In this document: piece after piece, positions 12,168 through 25,002 of the stretch | Position numbering within the stretch: position 1 is the first letter of the stretch | Layout of the letters: each line of letters opens with the position of its first letter | NCBI RefSeq assembly: GCF_963921235.1 | Contig: NC_086097.1 | Span: forward strand, 87,794,001 to 87,858,000 | Length of the DNA: 64,000 bases | From: Mobula hypostoma | Taxonomy: Eukaryota | Direction: 5' to 3' | The notes under the pieces: model-generated | What the model was told of the DNA's origin: nothing | The model's database searches: none | What the model saw: only the letters and a program-made list of their open reading frames with translations | Program-made: the position numbers and the translations under genes

Positions 12168-13799
12168 GTGAGAGAAATGTATCTGTTTATTTCCCATTGA
12201 AGTGGAGGTTCTGTTGCACATATTTGCAGTTGTTTACCTTGGATGTTAAACAATCAAGTTTTTCAAAAAGAGTTAAGTTTGTATTCTCAAATTCCAAGAC
12301 AACAGAGCAGATGGTGGAAATCAGAAACAGGAAAGAAAAAGCAGAATTAAGTACTGACCTCCAAGAGTTCTCCCAAATTCCAGTAGCATGTGCATAATAT
12401 TCTTGAAGTTTGCATATTTTTGTCGTTATGCTGTCACTTCACCATGTCCCGGATGTCTTGAAGAAAATCTTGTGCAAAGGAGCTGTGGCAACTACTTTTG
12501 TCACAAGAGTAACCAATATTCCTTTCAGAAATGGAAAACAAGTAAGTGTCGATGACAAATTTTTTGCTTGAAGGAAGAGGTGTTGACTGGAATTTGCTGC
12601 AAATTCCTTGCTATTTGTGCAAATAGTGCTGGTAGATCTTTAACGTCATTTTAAGGTGGTGTATAACCTCATGGATAAAAGACAGCACCCGCAGCAATGG
12701 AGGTGGTACCTAGGGGATCTGAGAATTATCAGAAGAATTGTGCCCTGTATGCTCAATTGCTGTTTCACCTGTATGACATGTTGAAATCATTGCTTGATAT
12801 TTTAGCCAACAACCTCGCTGAGACGGGTGTGATGTCAATTATGTGAAGCTGACGATGAGGTGATTTTGGCATGCTGCAACCAACTTGCTGTTCCAGTCCA
12901 TGGTATTCACTTGGAGCCCAATTCCATTGACTCTACATTATGCAGTTATTTGCTCTCATTCACTTATAATTATAAAGAAAACACTGAAACAAAAGAAGAC
13001 TGAGTCATGACACTAAATGTACCGATGTCTCCTTTTCTACCATTAGAATTTAGATAGCAATTTAGCTAAAGAACACCATGTTTCCCATTCTAAAAGGCCT
13101 TACTGTTGCGAAAAAGTGAGATCTCATCAATTATTACCTTCTAAAATTCTGTGAAATGAGGCCAAAAATAAAATCAAAATTCTCTATTGGTTCAGTGTTG
13201 ATCTCATTTAGCAGAACTTTTTAGGCTCAAGCCACTTGCACCAAAACAGGCAATTGTGATTGAAAACCATTTCTGATTTATTTGCATTAAACTAATAACA
13301 TTTTTTACTTGGAAAGTAATTTTTCTGCAGCCAGTAATTTATTGTCCACATACAAGCTGTATTTTCACTGCCCCGGGACTTTTTATGAGAATTTGCAGTT
13401 TTTTGATTAGCAAATTGCCTTGCATATAGTGTATGTGAAAAATTGTGCATGTATTCCACTGTGATAAATTGCTGTTCCTGTTTATAATTTGCTCTTGCTG
13501 TGAAGATGATTTCCAGTTTTACGTATAAAATCATGAACAATGACCATCTTGCATGGTGTGAAAAATTGTGATGCAATTGAAAAGTGCTGAAATTTGAGTT
13601 ATCTGAAGTTGTCAATTTTTTACTAAAATTTTTCTTCTGAATATTTTTAACACATAAGTATTTAATAGCACATTCAAGGTCTTGCATCTACTTTTAATTG
13701 CGGTCACGGATGCAGTTAGGACAGATGAGACAAATGTATCCTTCAGCACACCACTGAACACGCCTGAGCAGCAGTACTAATTACTTTTGATTAAATATG

Positions 13800-15405
13800 T
13801 GCCAGACTCATTATTTGGCTGTCCTCCTGCTACCTGCATACAGGCAGAGACTAAAGAGCAAAACTCCAGTGATAAGGACATCAACAAAGTGGTGGTCGCA
13901 GGAGGCTGCGGAGCAGCTATGAGGTTGCTTTGTGTCAGTGTAGTGGGTCCTGTTCAAGATCTCATCAGAGGATCTGAATGAATATACCACGGTTATCACA
14001 GACTTTATAAACATGGTTATAGACAAGTGTGTCCTCACAACAATTTGCCTACCATCACAATAGGTCCAGAGCATATGCCATTTCATTGGCTCTTCACTCA
14101 ACTCTGTAACTTCTGGATTACAAGGTTCCATACATCAGGATGCTCTTCATTGAATGCAGCTCGGCATTCAGTACTACCATCCCCTCAAAGCTAATCAATA
14201 TGCTCCAAGAGCTTCGATACCTCCTTGTGCAACTGGATCCTCAATTTCCTCACTTGCAGAGCCAAGTCATTTTGGATTGGCAACAACATCTCTTCCACAA
14301 TCTTCATTACCACAGGTGCCACACAAGGCTGTGAGCTTTGCCCCATGCTGTACTCGCATTATACGTATGAATCTGAGGCTAAACACAACTCCAGTGCCAT
14401 ATTTACTATACTGCAGTATCATAGACCTTATCATAGGTGATGATAAATCAGCATATAGGAGGGAGATTAAAAATCTAGCTGAGTGGTACTTCAACAGCAA
14501 CTTCTCACTCAGTGTCAGCAAGATCAAGGAGCTGATTATTGACTTCAGGAGGAGAAAACCAAAGGTCCATGGCCAGTCCTCATCAGGGGATCAGAGGTGG
14601 AGATGGTCAGCATCTTTAAATTCCTCTGTGTTATCATTTCAGAGGATCTGTCCTGGACCCAGCGTGTAAATACAATTATGAAGAAAGCATGGTGGCGCGT
14701 CTACTTATGAGTTTGCAACAATTTGGCATAACATCTAAAAATTTGACAAACTTCTAAAAGTTTGACAAACCTCTATAGATCTGCATTGGAGAGTATATTG
14801 ACTGGGTGTATCACAGCCTAATAATGGAAACACCAATGCCCTTGAACAGAAAATCCTACAGAAAGTAGTGGATATGCCCCAGTCCATCATGACTAAAGCC
14901 CTCCCCACCATTGAACGCATCTACACAGAGTGCTGTCGCTGGAAAGCAGCATCCATCATCAAGGACCTCACCATCCAAGGCATTCTATTTTCTAGACGCT
15001 GCCATCAGGAAGAAGATACAGGAGGCTCAGGACTCACCACCAGGTTTAGGAACAGTTATTATATCTCAACCATCAGGCTCTTGAACCAAAAGGGATAACT
15101 TCACTTGCCCCATCACTGAACTGTTCCCACAATCTATAGATTCATTTTCAAGGAATCTTCATCTCAGCTTTTCTATATGTGTTTATTGCTTATTTATTTA
15201 TTATTATTTTTTCTTTTTCTATTTGCACAGTTTGTTGTCTTTTGCCCATTGGCAGCTTGTCTGTCTTGTCCAGTGGGTCTTCATTGATTCTATTGTATTT
15301 CTTGTATTTACAGTGAATGCCCACAAGAAAATGAATCTGAGGGTTGTATATTGTGACATGCATGTCCTTTGATTAAAAAAATTACTTTGTACTTGAACTT
15401 TGAAA
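13800..15405 (+). mobile_element. Rex1/Babar LINE with a large internal deletion
   Basis: 13815-14040 reads as post-endonuclease PAYRQRLKSK-like sequence; 14130 onward is RT (LFIECSSAFSTTIP, TGATQGC) through the 3' tail tactttgtacttgaactttga. Confidence 0.85.
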
Positions 15406-15992
15406 AGATTTGTTCAGTACCAATCCAGGCAGAACATTAATATTTTTTTTTGGTTTTGAGAAAAATGAAAACATGCCCATGTCTGATGTGAAAACCAGCA
15501 TGTTTAGTGGAGTTTTTGAGGGGGTCCTACAATATCGTTGCTAATTATACCCTTAATATTGATGTCTTCACTACTCAATTTTGAATCTAATGAGATATTT
15601 GTGGTTTATATCACCATTGAAATGTGTAACCCTCTTGTGACTGCATGTTGATTACCTTTGTCCATGCATATATAAGTGAAGGTCAACTTGGATTTCAGTA
15701 AATATGTTGCATTAATCTGATTGTAGTCTAAACACTAAACAATATTTTGCTTGTTTTAGATCCAGCGTGATAGAATTGATGAACATATCATTGGTTGTAA
15801 TGAGGGGAATGGGAGTAATGCAGTGGTGCAGTACCCTCAGGCAGCAGTGCTGAATATCACAGTGATGATATTCAGATTCTCATCCAAAGACTCGATGACC
15901 GTTTTCTTCTCATTACTCATACCAGAAACACTGAATACCAGAAGGATATCATCTTCAGCCTACATTTCACTGACAAGTAAATGGTTTTAAGT

Positions 15993-18378
15993 CAGTGATT
16001 CCCAATAGGGGCAGTAAGGGGGCATAGGGAAAACAGAAGTGATCCAGGGTGTGTTCAAGATTCTTGGGGGTGTGGTAAGCAGCACCCTAACTTGAGGCAT
16101 GAGACCTGACTGACCATGTCAACTCGCTGCTGTCGTCACCTTCCCTATTTATGTTAATTTTTTTTTAGATTAGCCCTGTTAATGATGGATAAATACGTAT
16201 GGCACAATCTCTGTTAGTCTTAAGGAGATGAAGCCTTAATTTCTAATCCAGCTAAGAAAGAGAAACTACAGAAAGTGTGTCAATACAATGTTACGTATCT
16301 GGAGTATGGCTTTGTTTCATCCCTGTCAGATCAGCAATGCCCCATGTGTCTTTTTTGTAACACTGTACTGTCTAATCAAGCCATGAAACTATCAAGATTG
16401 CACGAATGCTTCCATAAAAGTCACCCGAAAAGACTACTTATGGTATTATTCAGTTCCAGAAGATGAAAGAAGCATTTGAAAACCGCTGCACACTTATCAT
16501 TTGCCAAGAAAGCTAAAAATGACGTTGATAGTGGTCTCATTGCTTCTTACAATGTTTCCAAAAAGATAGCAAAGTGTGGAAAATCTCATACAATTAGTGA
16601 AAGATTAATAATGCTTGATGTATCAGAAGTGCTCACCAGTGTTCTCAAAATGGATACCAGTATTTTAAATTCAGTTCCCCTGAGTAATAACTCTGTTGCT
16701 TGTCATATTGACAAAATGAATGAAGATGTTGAGTATTAACTATACACAAAGCTACAAAAAACAGAATTTGGGATACAGCTGGATGAGTCAACTTACGAGA
16801 CCTCAAGGCATTGCTAATGGCATATGTATTGTTTATCAAAAATGGAAAAGTTTTTATGAAGAGATTCTTTTGTAAAAAGTTAAAAATAAATATTAATGGA
16901 GAATTAATCTATGATGAGCTCAAAATGTATATTGAAGATAAAAGTATTCTGATTAGGAACATGATTTTTTTGTGCAACGTATGGAGCATCATATCTGACA
17001 GGTCACCATGCTGATTTAGTAGCATTTATGAAAAAAGAAATTCCAAGTCTATTTGCAAGCCATTGTATAATTCATTGTCAACATCTCACAGCCAAAAACT
17101 TCAGCAGTGGCATTTTTCAAGCATGACTCTTGTAATATCTGCTATCAACAAAATTAAAGCTTACCCATTAAATAGCAGAATATTTTGCCAGTTATGCCAA
17201 GATAACAATGAAACATTTGAACATTTGTTTCTTCACACTGAAGTGCGTTGGCTGTCAAAAGGCTGCTGCTTAAAACGTTCCTTTGAAAATTTTGACATGG
17301 TGATTGAATTTTTGTTCAAAGTCGACAAGAGCTTGAGAAATAAGATTAAACTTCTACGTGGAGATATGCCATACCAAGCTGATCTGTATGACAAAATGAG
17401 CATTCTAAATATGAAACTGAAGGGTGAGATTTTCGATTTAATCTAGTCAAAAAGTACAATGTCCACTATCATAGGAAAATTGGAAATATATAAGCAAAAC
17501 ATTGGGAGAATAAAACTGGGTCCTGCCGAAGGGTTTTGGCCCGAAACATCAATTATACTCTTTTCCTGCCTGGCCTGCTGAGTTCCTCTGGCATTTTGTG
17601 TGTGTTGCTCGGATTTCCATCATCTGCTGATTTTCTCTTGTTTGTGATTGGGAGAAGAATGTTCTCACAGCTTACCTGCATGGAAAGTATGGCACTCTCT
17701 TTCACACACAGTGATTTGCAAGAGTACTGCTTACACCTGCCATCACTGAAGAAGGATTTTAGGAATCAACTCAAGGGTTTGAACAATCTGGAAATTACAG
17801 ACTGGGTAATTAACCCATTTCTTTGCAAAATGGAAGAACAGGAAGAGAGCTTGTAAGAACTTATCAAAATTCAGAATGATGAAGAAGCAAAAATGTTTTT
17901 CAAAAATGTCAGCTTTAGTAGTATGTGGCTACATTGTCATACAAAGTTTCCAGGTCTTTGGAGAAGAGCCAAACTGCTCATCATTGCATTTCCATCCTCC
18001 TACCTTGTTGAAAGAGGCTTGAGTGCAGTGAACCCCAGACTCAAAAACAGAAACCCCTTGAACATTGTTACATATGGGGATTTGAGGCTTTTGCTGTCAC
18101 AATTTGAACCAGATATTTCAACTCTTGCTAAAAAACCATCAAGTTCAAGGACCACATCAATATTGAAGCTGCCATATAGTGTACAGACACTGTGTAAGCT
18201 AAGTTTAAAGACAAATAAAAATTTGAAGTAGAATCATTTTTCTCATGTTAACGTTTGGTAGACATGGTTTTACACAATAGGGGTGCTAGCAAGTATGCTG
18301 TGCCTAAGAGGGGTGATGCAAGTATGAAGGTCCTTTAGGGGGGCATTGTGCTTTTTAAAACAAGTTTAGCAAACACTG
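15993..18378 (+). mobile_element. Decayed autonomous hAT (Buster/Charlie-type) transposon
   Basis: Imperfect TIRs CAGTGATTCCCAA / TTAGCAAACACTG; flanks TTTTAAGT / GTTTAGAC (both nnnTAnnn). BED-finger CPMCLFC...LSRLHE, IQLDEST, HTEVRWLSKG, FPSSYLVERGLS; multiple stops and frameshifts. Confidence 0.88.
17511..17646 (+). mobile_element. Penelope-tail insertion inside the hAT transposase
   Basis: ggtcCTGCCGAagggttttggcccGAAAcatc (mutated hammerhead); 10-bp TSD ATTGGGAGAA at 17501-17510 and 17647-17656. Confidence 0.8.
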
Positions 18379-18823
18379 GTTTAGACGAAGCCCAATTTCT
18401 CACATCACAATCAGTTTTAGTCTGCACTTGTTCAGGAAGTTGCAAGAGCATTAATAGCTTCACAGCCCATTTCTCTAATGAAAAATAATGTATTTCAGCG
18501 TTATGGTACATTTTAGAAACTGTGAGTTAGCATTGGATACAGATCTTTTGACTAGTGAATTTTAATTGTAGTTTTCTTTTAAAAAAAATAAATCTTCAAA
18601 AAAACAACACAATTGCTTTCAAATGAACTGATGCAACAAATCTAGAGTACAAGTTAATCCTTAATAACTGAGCCAACATTTATCTTCCAGTGTGGGTTCC
18701 TACATAGTTCAGGATACAACAGAGAATTGGTTTGGACTGTTCATTGGAAATAATCTTGCACGATAAGAAATGCATAGGAAAGACGGCTTCCATTTCAGAT
18801 TTGCTATTCAAATATTTAATCTT

Positions 18824-18962
18824 CAGGGTCCTGATGAAAGGTCTTGCATGAAGCGTCAACTGTTTACTAATTTCCGTAGGTGTTGCCTGACCTACGGGGT
18901 TCCTCCAGAATTTTGTATGTGTTGCTCTGGATTTCCAGCATCCGCAGATTCTTTTGCGTTTT
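18824..18962 (+). mobile_element. Penelope-tail insertion with degenerate hammerhead
   Basis: ggtcCTGATGAaaggtcttgcatGAAGcgtc...tttccagcatccgcagattcttttgcgtt. Confidence 0.75.
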
Positions 18963-19326
18963 CAATCTGGCAAGCCATTGTTGCCTCTTTCCATCGCAAG
19001 TATAGCTCCTTTAGACTGATCAGACCTGTGCACTGCATTCCAAATCTTAGGGGCTTTTCTAATAGCAATAGGGCATTATTAGCTTAGTTTTCAAATCCTT
19101 TTGCAATAAAAGGCAACATGATATTTATTATCTTCATTGTTTACTAATTACAATTTAGTAATTACTTCATTACTAAATGAAGTAATGAATTTTACTTCAT
19201 TAGTAAAATTAGTATTTACTAATTACTAAATACTACTTTCCATGCTGATCTTTCAATTTCTCACAGTTTAAAAATACTCCCATTTCAATATTTTGTGCCA
19301 AAGACAATGACCCCATATTTTAAAAA

Positions 19327-20600
19327 TGCAAACACAAGGAAATCTGCAGATGTTGGAATTTCAAGCAACACACATAAAAGTTGCAGGGGGAACGCAGCAG
19401 GCCAGGCAGCATCTCTAGGAAGAGGTACAGTCGACATTCGGGCCAGAGCCTTCGTCAGGACTAACTGAAAGAAGAGCTAGTAAGAGATTTGGGAGGGGGA
19501 GATCCAAAATGATAGGAGAAGACAGGAGAGGGAGGGATGGAACCAAGAGCTGGACAGTTGATTGGCAAAAGGGATATGAGAGGATCATGGGACGGGAGGC
19601 CTAGGGAGAAAGAAAGGGGGAGGGGTGAAGCCCAGAGGATGGGCAAGGAGTATAGTGAGAGGGACAGTTTACCTGGTCCATTTCTGACACCACCCTCCCC
19701 TTTCTAGATCTTTTTGTCTCTATCTCTGGAGACAGCTTATCTACTGATGTCTACTATAACCCTATGGACTCTCACAGCTATCTGGACTATTCTTCTTCTC
19801 ACCCTGTCTCTTGCAAAAATGCCATCCCCTCCTCGCAATTCCTCCGTCTTCACCGCATCTGCTCTCAGGATGAGGCTTTTCATTCCAGGACGAAGGAGGT
19901 GTCCTCCTTTTTTAAAGAAAGGGGCTTCCCTTCCTCCACCATCAACTCTGCTCTCAAACGCATCTCTCCCATTTCACGCACGTATGCTCTCCCCCATCCT
20001 CCCACCACCCCACTAGGAATAGAGTTCCCCTGGTCCTCATCTACCACCCCACAAGCCTCTGGGTCCAGCATATAATTCTCCGTAACTTCCGCCACCTCCG
20101 GTGGGATCTCTCCACTAAGCACATCTTTCCCTCCCCACTGATCTCCCTCCTGGCACTTATCCTTGTAAGTGGAACAAGTGCTACACATGCCCTTACACTT
20201 CCTCCCTCACTACCATTCAGGGCCCCAGACAGTCCTTCCAGGTGAGGCAACACTTCACCTGTGAGTCGGCTGGGGTGATATGCTGCGTCCGCTGCTCCCG
20301 ATGCGGCCTTCTATATATTGACACGACCCAGCGCAGACTGGGAGACCGTTTCACTGAACACCTATGCTCTATCTGCCAGAGAAAGCAGGATCTCCCAGTG
20401 GCCACACACTTTAATTCCACGTCCCATTTCCCATTCTGATATGTCTATCCACTGCCTCCTCGACTGTCAAGATGAAGCCACACTCAGGTTGGAGTAACAA
20501 CACCTTATATTCCGTCTGGGTAGCCTCCAACCTGATGGCATGAACATTGACTTCTCTAACTTCCATTAATGCCCCTCCTCCCCCTCATACCCCATCCGTT
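19327..20600. mobile_element. Penelope-like element (Neptune-like), rearranged: inverted 3' UTR/pLTR (19327-19667, minus) joined to RT C-terminus and GIY-YIG endonuclease (19668-20600, plus)
   Basis: SHSYLDYSSSHP..CKNAIPSSQFLRLHRICS (PLE RT C-terminus); FTCESAGVICCVRCSRCGLLYIDTTQRRLGDRFTEH (GIY-YIG with Cys motif). Confidence 0.88.
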
Positions 20601-20620
20601 ATTTTATTTATTTATTTATT

Positions 20621-20666
<46 letters not shown>
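20600..20666 (+). repeat. Compound microsatellite (TTTA)n + (AC)21
   Basis: Read directly; AC run 20625-20666. Confidence 0.95.
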
Positions 20667-20669
<3 letters not shown>

Positions 20670-20689
20670 CATATATAAAAAAATAAAAC

Positions 20690-20931
20690 GCACGTGGCCA
20701 AGTTGTTAAGGCATTGGACTAGCGACCTGAAAGTCGTGAGTTCGAGCCCCAGCCAAGGGAACATGTTGTGTCCTTGAACGAGGCACTTGATCACACACAG
20801 CTCTGCGACGACACTGGTGCCAAGCTGCATGGGTCCTAATGCCCTTCCCTTGGACAATATTGGTGTCGTGGAGAGGGGAGACTTGCAGCATGGGTAACTG
20901 CTGGTCTTCCATACAACCTTGCCCAGGCCTG
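20690..20931 (+). mobile_element. tRNA-derived SINE (no clear 3' tail)
   Basis: A-box-like TGGCCAAGTTG and B-box GTTCGAGCC (20740-20748), followed by a non-tRNA body. Confidence 0.7.
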
Positions 20932-21573
20932 GTGGGAGAAAAGGATGTTAAGAAGACAAATCCTATTGGCTAATTTAATAAGCCTAACTTAATCAAATGT
21001 ATTTTAATTTTAAGCAGCAAAATGAAATACTCTGTTATATATTGTAATTAAAGAAACACTACATTTTGAGAAAATCTGCAGAAAATAAAATATCCAACAG
21101 CATAACTGTATTAATAAAATAAAGCGTAGTCTTAAACCAGGGTATTGCATTATTAAGAGAGGCCATGCAACACCTTACCCCTACGTCAACTTTCAATAAG
21201 GTTACAGCTGATATGATGAAATCTCAGATCCATTTTCCTGCCTGTCCTCCCGTAATCTGATCGATTGTCCATAGCTTCAGTATATTCAATGACTGAACGT
21301 CCTACAGTTTCCTGAATTTTAAAAAAATCTGCTATTTTCAGTTGTTAAAGAAGAAAATTCCCTCATATCTCCATGTCAAGTTGGCAACACTTTATTCCGA
21401 AACTGTAAAGTCCCCTATAAATCTTTTCATGTTTCAGTAAGACTGCAGCTCATCCTTTTTAACTCCATTAAGCAGAGATAGTTACTCCCCGCAAAACAAA
21501 GCCTTCAGCAAACCAGTTGACCTTCTCTCAACTGTCTTCAATTGAAGTCTGACCCTCATTAAATGCAGAGCTA

Positions 21574-21656
21574 TAGTACTGTGCAAAAGTCAAAAGGCAC
21601 ACACGTGTATATATATATATATAAAATATAGTGTCTAAGACTTTTGCACGGTACTG
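21574..21656. mobile_element. Tiny Tc1/mariner-type MITE
   Basis: TA-TAGTACTGTGCAAAAGTC ... GACTTTTGCACGGTACTG-TA; a second decayed copy lies at about 22657-22722. Confidence 0.75.
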
Positions 21657-21821
21657 TAGTGTTTTATATATTGCACTGTACTCTTCCCACAAACAAAAAC
21701 ATATCATGACATGAGTGATGATAAACTGATTCTGATATGGTGGACTCAAAATCGAAGGGGGCAGGGAGAGGGGAGTCATGGTTGGGAAGAGGCGAGGGAG
21801 CAGGAAGCACCAGAGAGACCT

Positions 21822-21920
21822 TCAGGACTGGTGAAGGATCTTGGCCAGAAACATCATCTGTTTACTCTTTTCCATGCTGCTTAGCCTGTTGAGTTCCTAC
21901 AGCATTTTGTGTGTGTTGAT
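21822..21920 (+). mobile_element. Decayed Penelope-tail fragment
   Basis: aCTGGTGAaggatcttggccaGAAAcatc...ctgttgagttcctacagcattttgtgtgtgttg. Confidence 0.65.
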
Positions 21921-22026
21921 TAATAAACCAGTTGTTTGAATCAAATTACCTTGCCTGGTATCTTAGGGTTGAGCTTGTCTGCTCCCACACCAGCCCACAT
22001 CCCTGGCATTCTTCCTGCCCCACACC

Positions 22027-22559
22027 TAAGGTTGCCAACTGTCCTGTATTAGCTGGGACATTCCATATATTAGGCTAAATTGGTTTGTCCCATACGGGAC
22101 AGCCCTTGTCCCGTATTTCCCCCACTAAGGTGGAGCGTTCCTATGAAACCGTTCGTAAGCCGAAATGGCGTAAAGTGCAGAAGCAATTGCCATTAATTTA
22201 TATGAGAAAAATTTTTGAGCTTTCCCAGACCCAAAAAATAACCTACCAAATCATACCAATAACACAAAACCTAAAATAACACTAACATATAGTAAAAGCA
22301 GGAATGATATGATAAATACACAGCCTATATAAAGTAGAAATAATGTATATACAGTGTATCAGAATAGGGAAGATTAAGCCAAAACCGATTTGTAGGAAAA
22401 AATTCGGCATGTAAACGTATGCGCACATCACACATGCACACACAGGTCCCCGTGCAAGGCTTCATGGTCATGGTAGTCTTTCTCGGGGTAAACACAAGCT
22501 TCCCGCATTTGACTGCTACTTTTGTCCCTTATTTGGGAGTGAGAAAGTTGGCAACCCTA
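22027..22559. mobile_element. Non-autonomous hAT element (TAGGGTTGCCAAC-type TIR) containing Tigger-derived sequence
   Basis: TIRs TAAGGTTGCCAACT / AGTTGGCAACCCTA; perfect 8-bp TSD CCCACACC at 22019-22026 and 22560-22567. Confidence 0.88.
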
Positions 22560-23579
22560 CCCACACCCCTCCTGTAGCACTCCACCCTTGCCATTCTTGA
22601 TATCTTTTGCTCCTGCCAGATTTACAATCTCACTCTCCATTCCAAGTTGACAAATACAGAATTGTGCAGAAGTGTTAGGCACCATAGCTACATATATGTG
22701 TGCCTAGGACTTCTACACTATATCTGGTGTACTCCAGGTGTGATCAAAGTAGTTAGAAATAGAGCTACTGGATACTAAACCTCTCCATATTTTACATCTT
22801 ACTTCTGAAATATTTGCATGATGAATTCCCATTGGTGCTGTAGAACCTGTAGCTAAAAAATCCCAGACTGAAATTGTTTGGTGCTGGCCTTATCCAATAG
22901 GGTTCTGGCCTGAAATCGATCTGTAATTTTACCTGATTATGCAGTATCTTTACCAACTCTATGATGTTGAAAATTTTGCATGTACAATTTCTAGCAAAAC
23001 ATTATGTTGAGTTTATCATTTATATTCATATTAATTAATAGAAATCCTAAAAGCATTTCATTCATTTGAAATAGGACAGCAAACTTCCCTCTGTTTTATC
23101 TATTTTGTTTGCTTTATATCCACACTCTCAATTCATCTCGACTATTCTTGAGAGAGTTTGATTCCAATTCAGAGGCCAATAATGTCTACAAAAGGAAAGT
23201 TTTAAAACCTTGCATACATGCATTCAAGATCATTAGATCATTTTTCATAGCTAAAAGCATGGTTTCTTACCTGGCTCATGTTGCCTCAGGGAATGGGCAC
23301 CTTTCAGTCTTTTCATGATGGTTTGCCTCTAAATGAGGGTAGGTTGTAACCTAATATTCATGAATGGATATTTATAACAAGACATTTGGAAATGATCTGA
23401 AGTGGGAACCCTGGCTGATTTTCCTATTTTCACTGCTGTGGTATGGTGTTCACTGAGTTTGCCCAGCAAAACATAGACTGAAAATTGAACACAAATCTTG
23501 AGCCAATGTAACTCTCTGAGTAAATAATCAAAGGCACAGGGGTTGACAGCAATATAAAATCTCGTTTGATGTTTTCCAG

Positions 23580-23768
23580 CTGACTACTTTACGAGGTTCT
23601 GTGTTGGAAGATGCAGTTCCTTCAACAGCCAAGCATGGCACAGCTAGAGGTATACCCATGAAAGAAGTACTTGAATTTGCTGTACCAGAACTCAGTGTTA
23701 ATTGTCTGAGACTGGGCCTGAATACTCCAAAAGTTACAGACCAACTCATGAAATTGGATGAGCAAGGA
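23580..23768 (+). CDS. SIPA1L1: SIPA1L1 internal exon B
   Basis: ttttccAG / GTgagt; 189 nt, phase 0-0. [63 protein letters not shown]. Confidence 0.95.
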
Positions 23769-24707
23769 GTGAGTATTTTTCATTTAATCTTGCTTTCTAT
23801 AAAATGTTTATTTTTGTATTTTTCACAAGGAAGGTTGGAGGGTTTAGTTCAGTTGCTGCCTTGCCGCAGGAGCTTCAATGAAAGACATTAAGGAAATGAC
23901 ACTCTTGGATTTTAATGAGATGACTGAGGTATCATCTCTTTTGAGTTTAAAATTTGTTTAAAACTTATAAATTGTCACCACTAATTTTTAAAACAACCCT
24001 TATTAAGTTAATTTAATTGTAACATATTACAATCTGCATGTTATTCATTGCTCATGGATGTGGTTATGGACTGCAAATGATCTCATGAGGTCAGTTATAT
24101 TTTCCAGTTTGATGCAGTTAGTTCTCTAATTTCCGAAATGTTTACTGGAGTTAAGACCACTCAGTTCCACCATGTTTTAAAAATGGTTGAGATCACTTCT
24201 AAAATCTAGAACAACTTGTGCAATGAGTGAATAGGAACCCTGGGCTTATGCCACTGCTTACTTGTTATGTTTTGTTCTGCTTCTTCAGTCAAAATAAAAT
24301 CACTATAGTCATCAAAGTCAATACAGTAAAAATGGAGGCCATTCAGCCCATTTATTTTGTGCCAACTCTTTGTAGAGTCCTCTGGTAGTTCCATCCCACT
24401 GCACCTTCCAAAGTCCACTCCAAAGCCATACTTGAATCCAAAGATATTGGATCAAGCTTGATGTTTCCAGTATGGATATGGCAAATCTGAAATGTCTCAA
24501 ATCTGTAACTGTTAGAATGACAGCTGGTAGCTTTTTATTGGTATATGGCTTTGTTCTGTAACTTCTGGTTGTTTACCCATCATTGAAGTTCCGAAGGAAG
24601 TTTATGGTGTCCTTAACAATTTCAATCACAATCTATTTCCTTGTCGTGAGTGTTTGGTGCAGATTGGTCTTCTTATGGCATAACTTGTCATCTGGAGTAG
24701 TGAGCCC

Positions 24708-25002
24708 AGGATGGCACAGTGGTACAACTGGTAGTGCTGCTGCCTCTCAATGCCAGTGCCTTGGTTTCAGTCCTCCCTGCACATTCTCCCTGTGCCCACC
24801 TAGGTTTCCTCCTACATCCCAAGCAATGTAGGTTGGTAGGCTAATTGGCCACTGTGAACTGCCCCCAACGATATGGCTGAGAGGTAGAATCTGGAGGGAG
24901 TTGATAGGCATGCGTGCAAAGTAAACTTAGATTAGTTTATAATGGGTGCATGATGATCTGCATGGATTTACCAGGCCTAAGTGCCTGTTTCAGTACTATG
25001 TA
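24708..25002 (+). mobile_element. V-SINE (HE1-like), decayed
   Basis: ggcacagtgg...tgctgcctctca head; cacattctccctgtg...ggtttcctcctacatcccaag V-domain-like core; CR1-like tail. Confidence 0.65.

Noticed and set aside
13787..13981. Apparent cassette exon (ctgcatacAG|GCAGAGACTAAAGAG) between exons A and B
   Set aside because: Another frame reads PAYRQRLKSK..., typical Rex1/Babar ORF sequence, and it links to the LINE downstream. Exons A and B already join in frame.
14734..14775. 19-bp tandem duplication TCTAAAAaTTTGACAAAC
   Set aside because: Ordinary slippage inside a dead LINE.
16275..18231. Domesticated ZBED/SCAND3-like gene
   Set aside because: Multiple stops and frameshifts, an internal insertion and residual TIRs.
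20690..20765. tRNA gene
   Set aside because: A and B boxes are present, but there is no proper acceptor stem and it runs into a SINE-like body.
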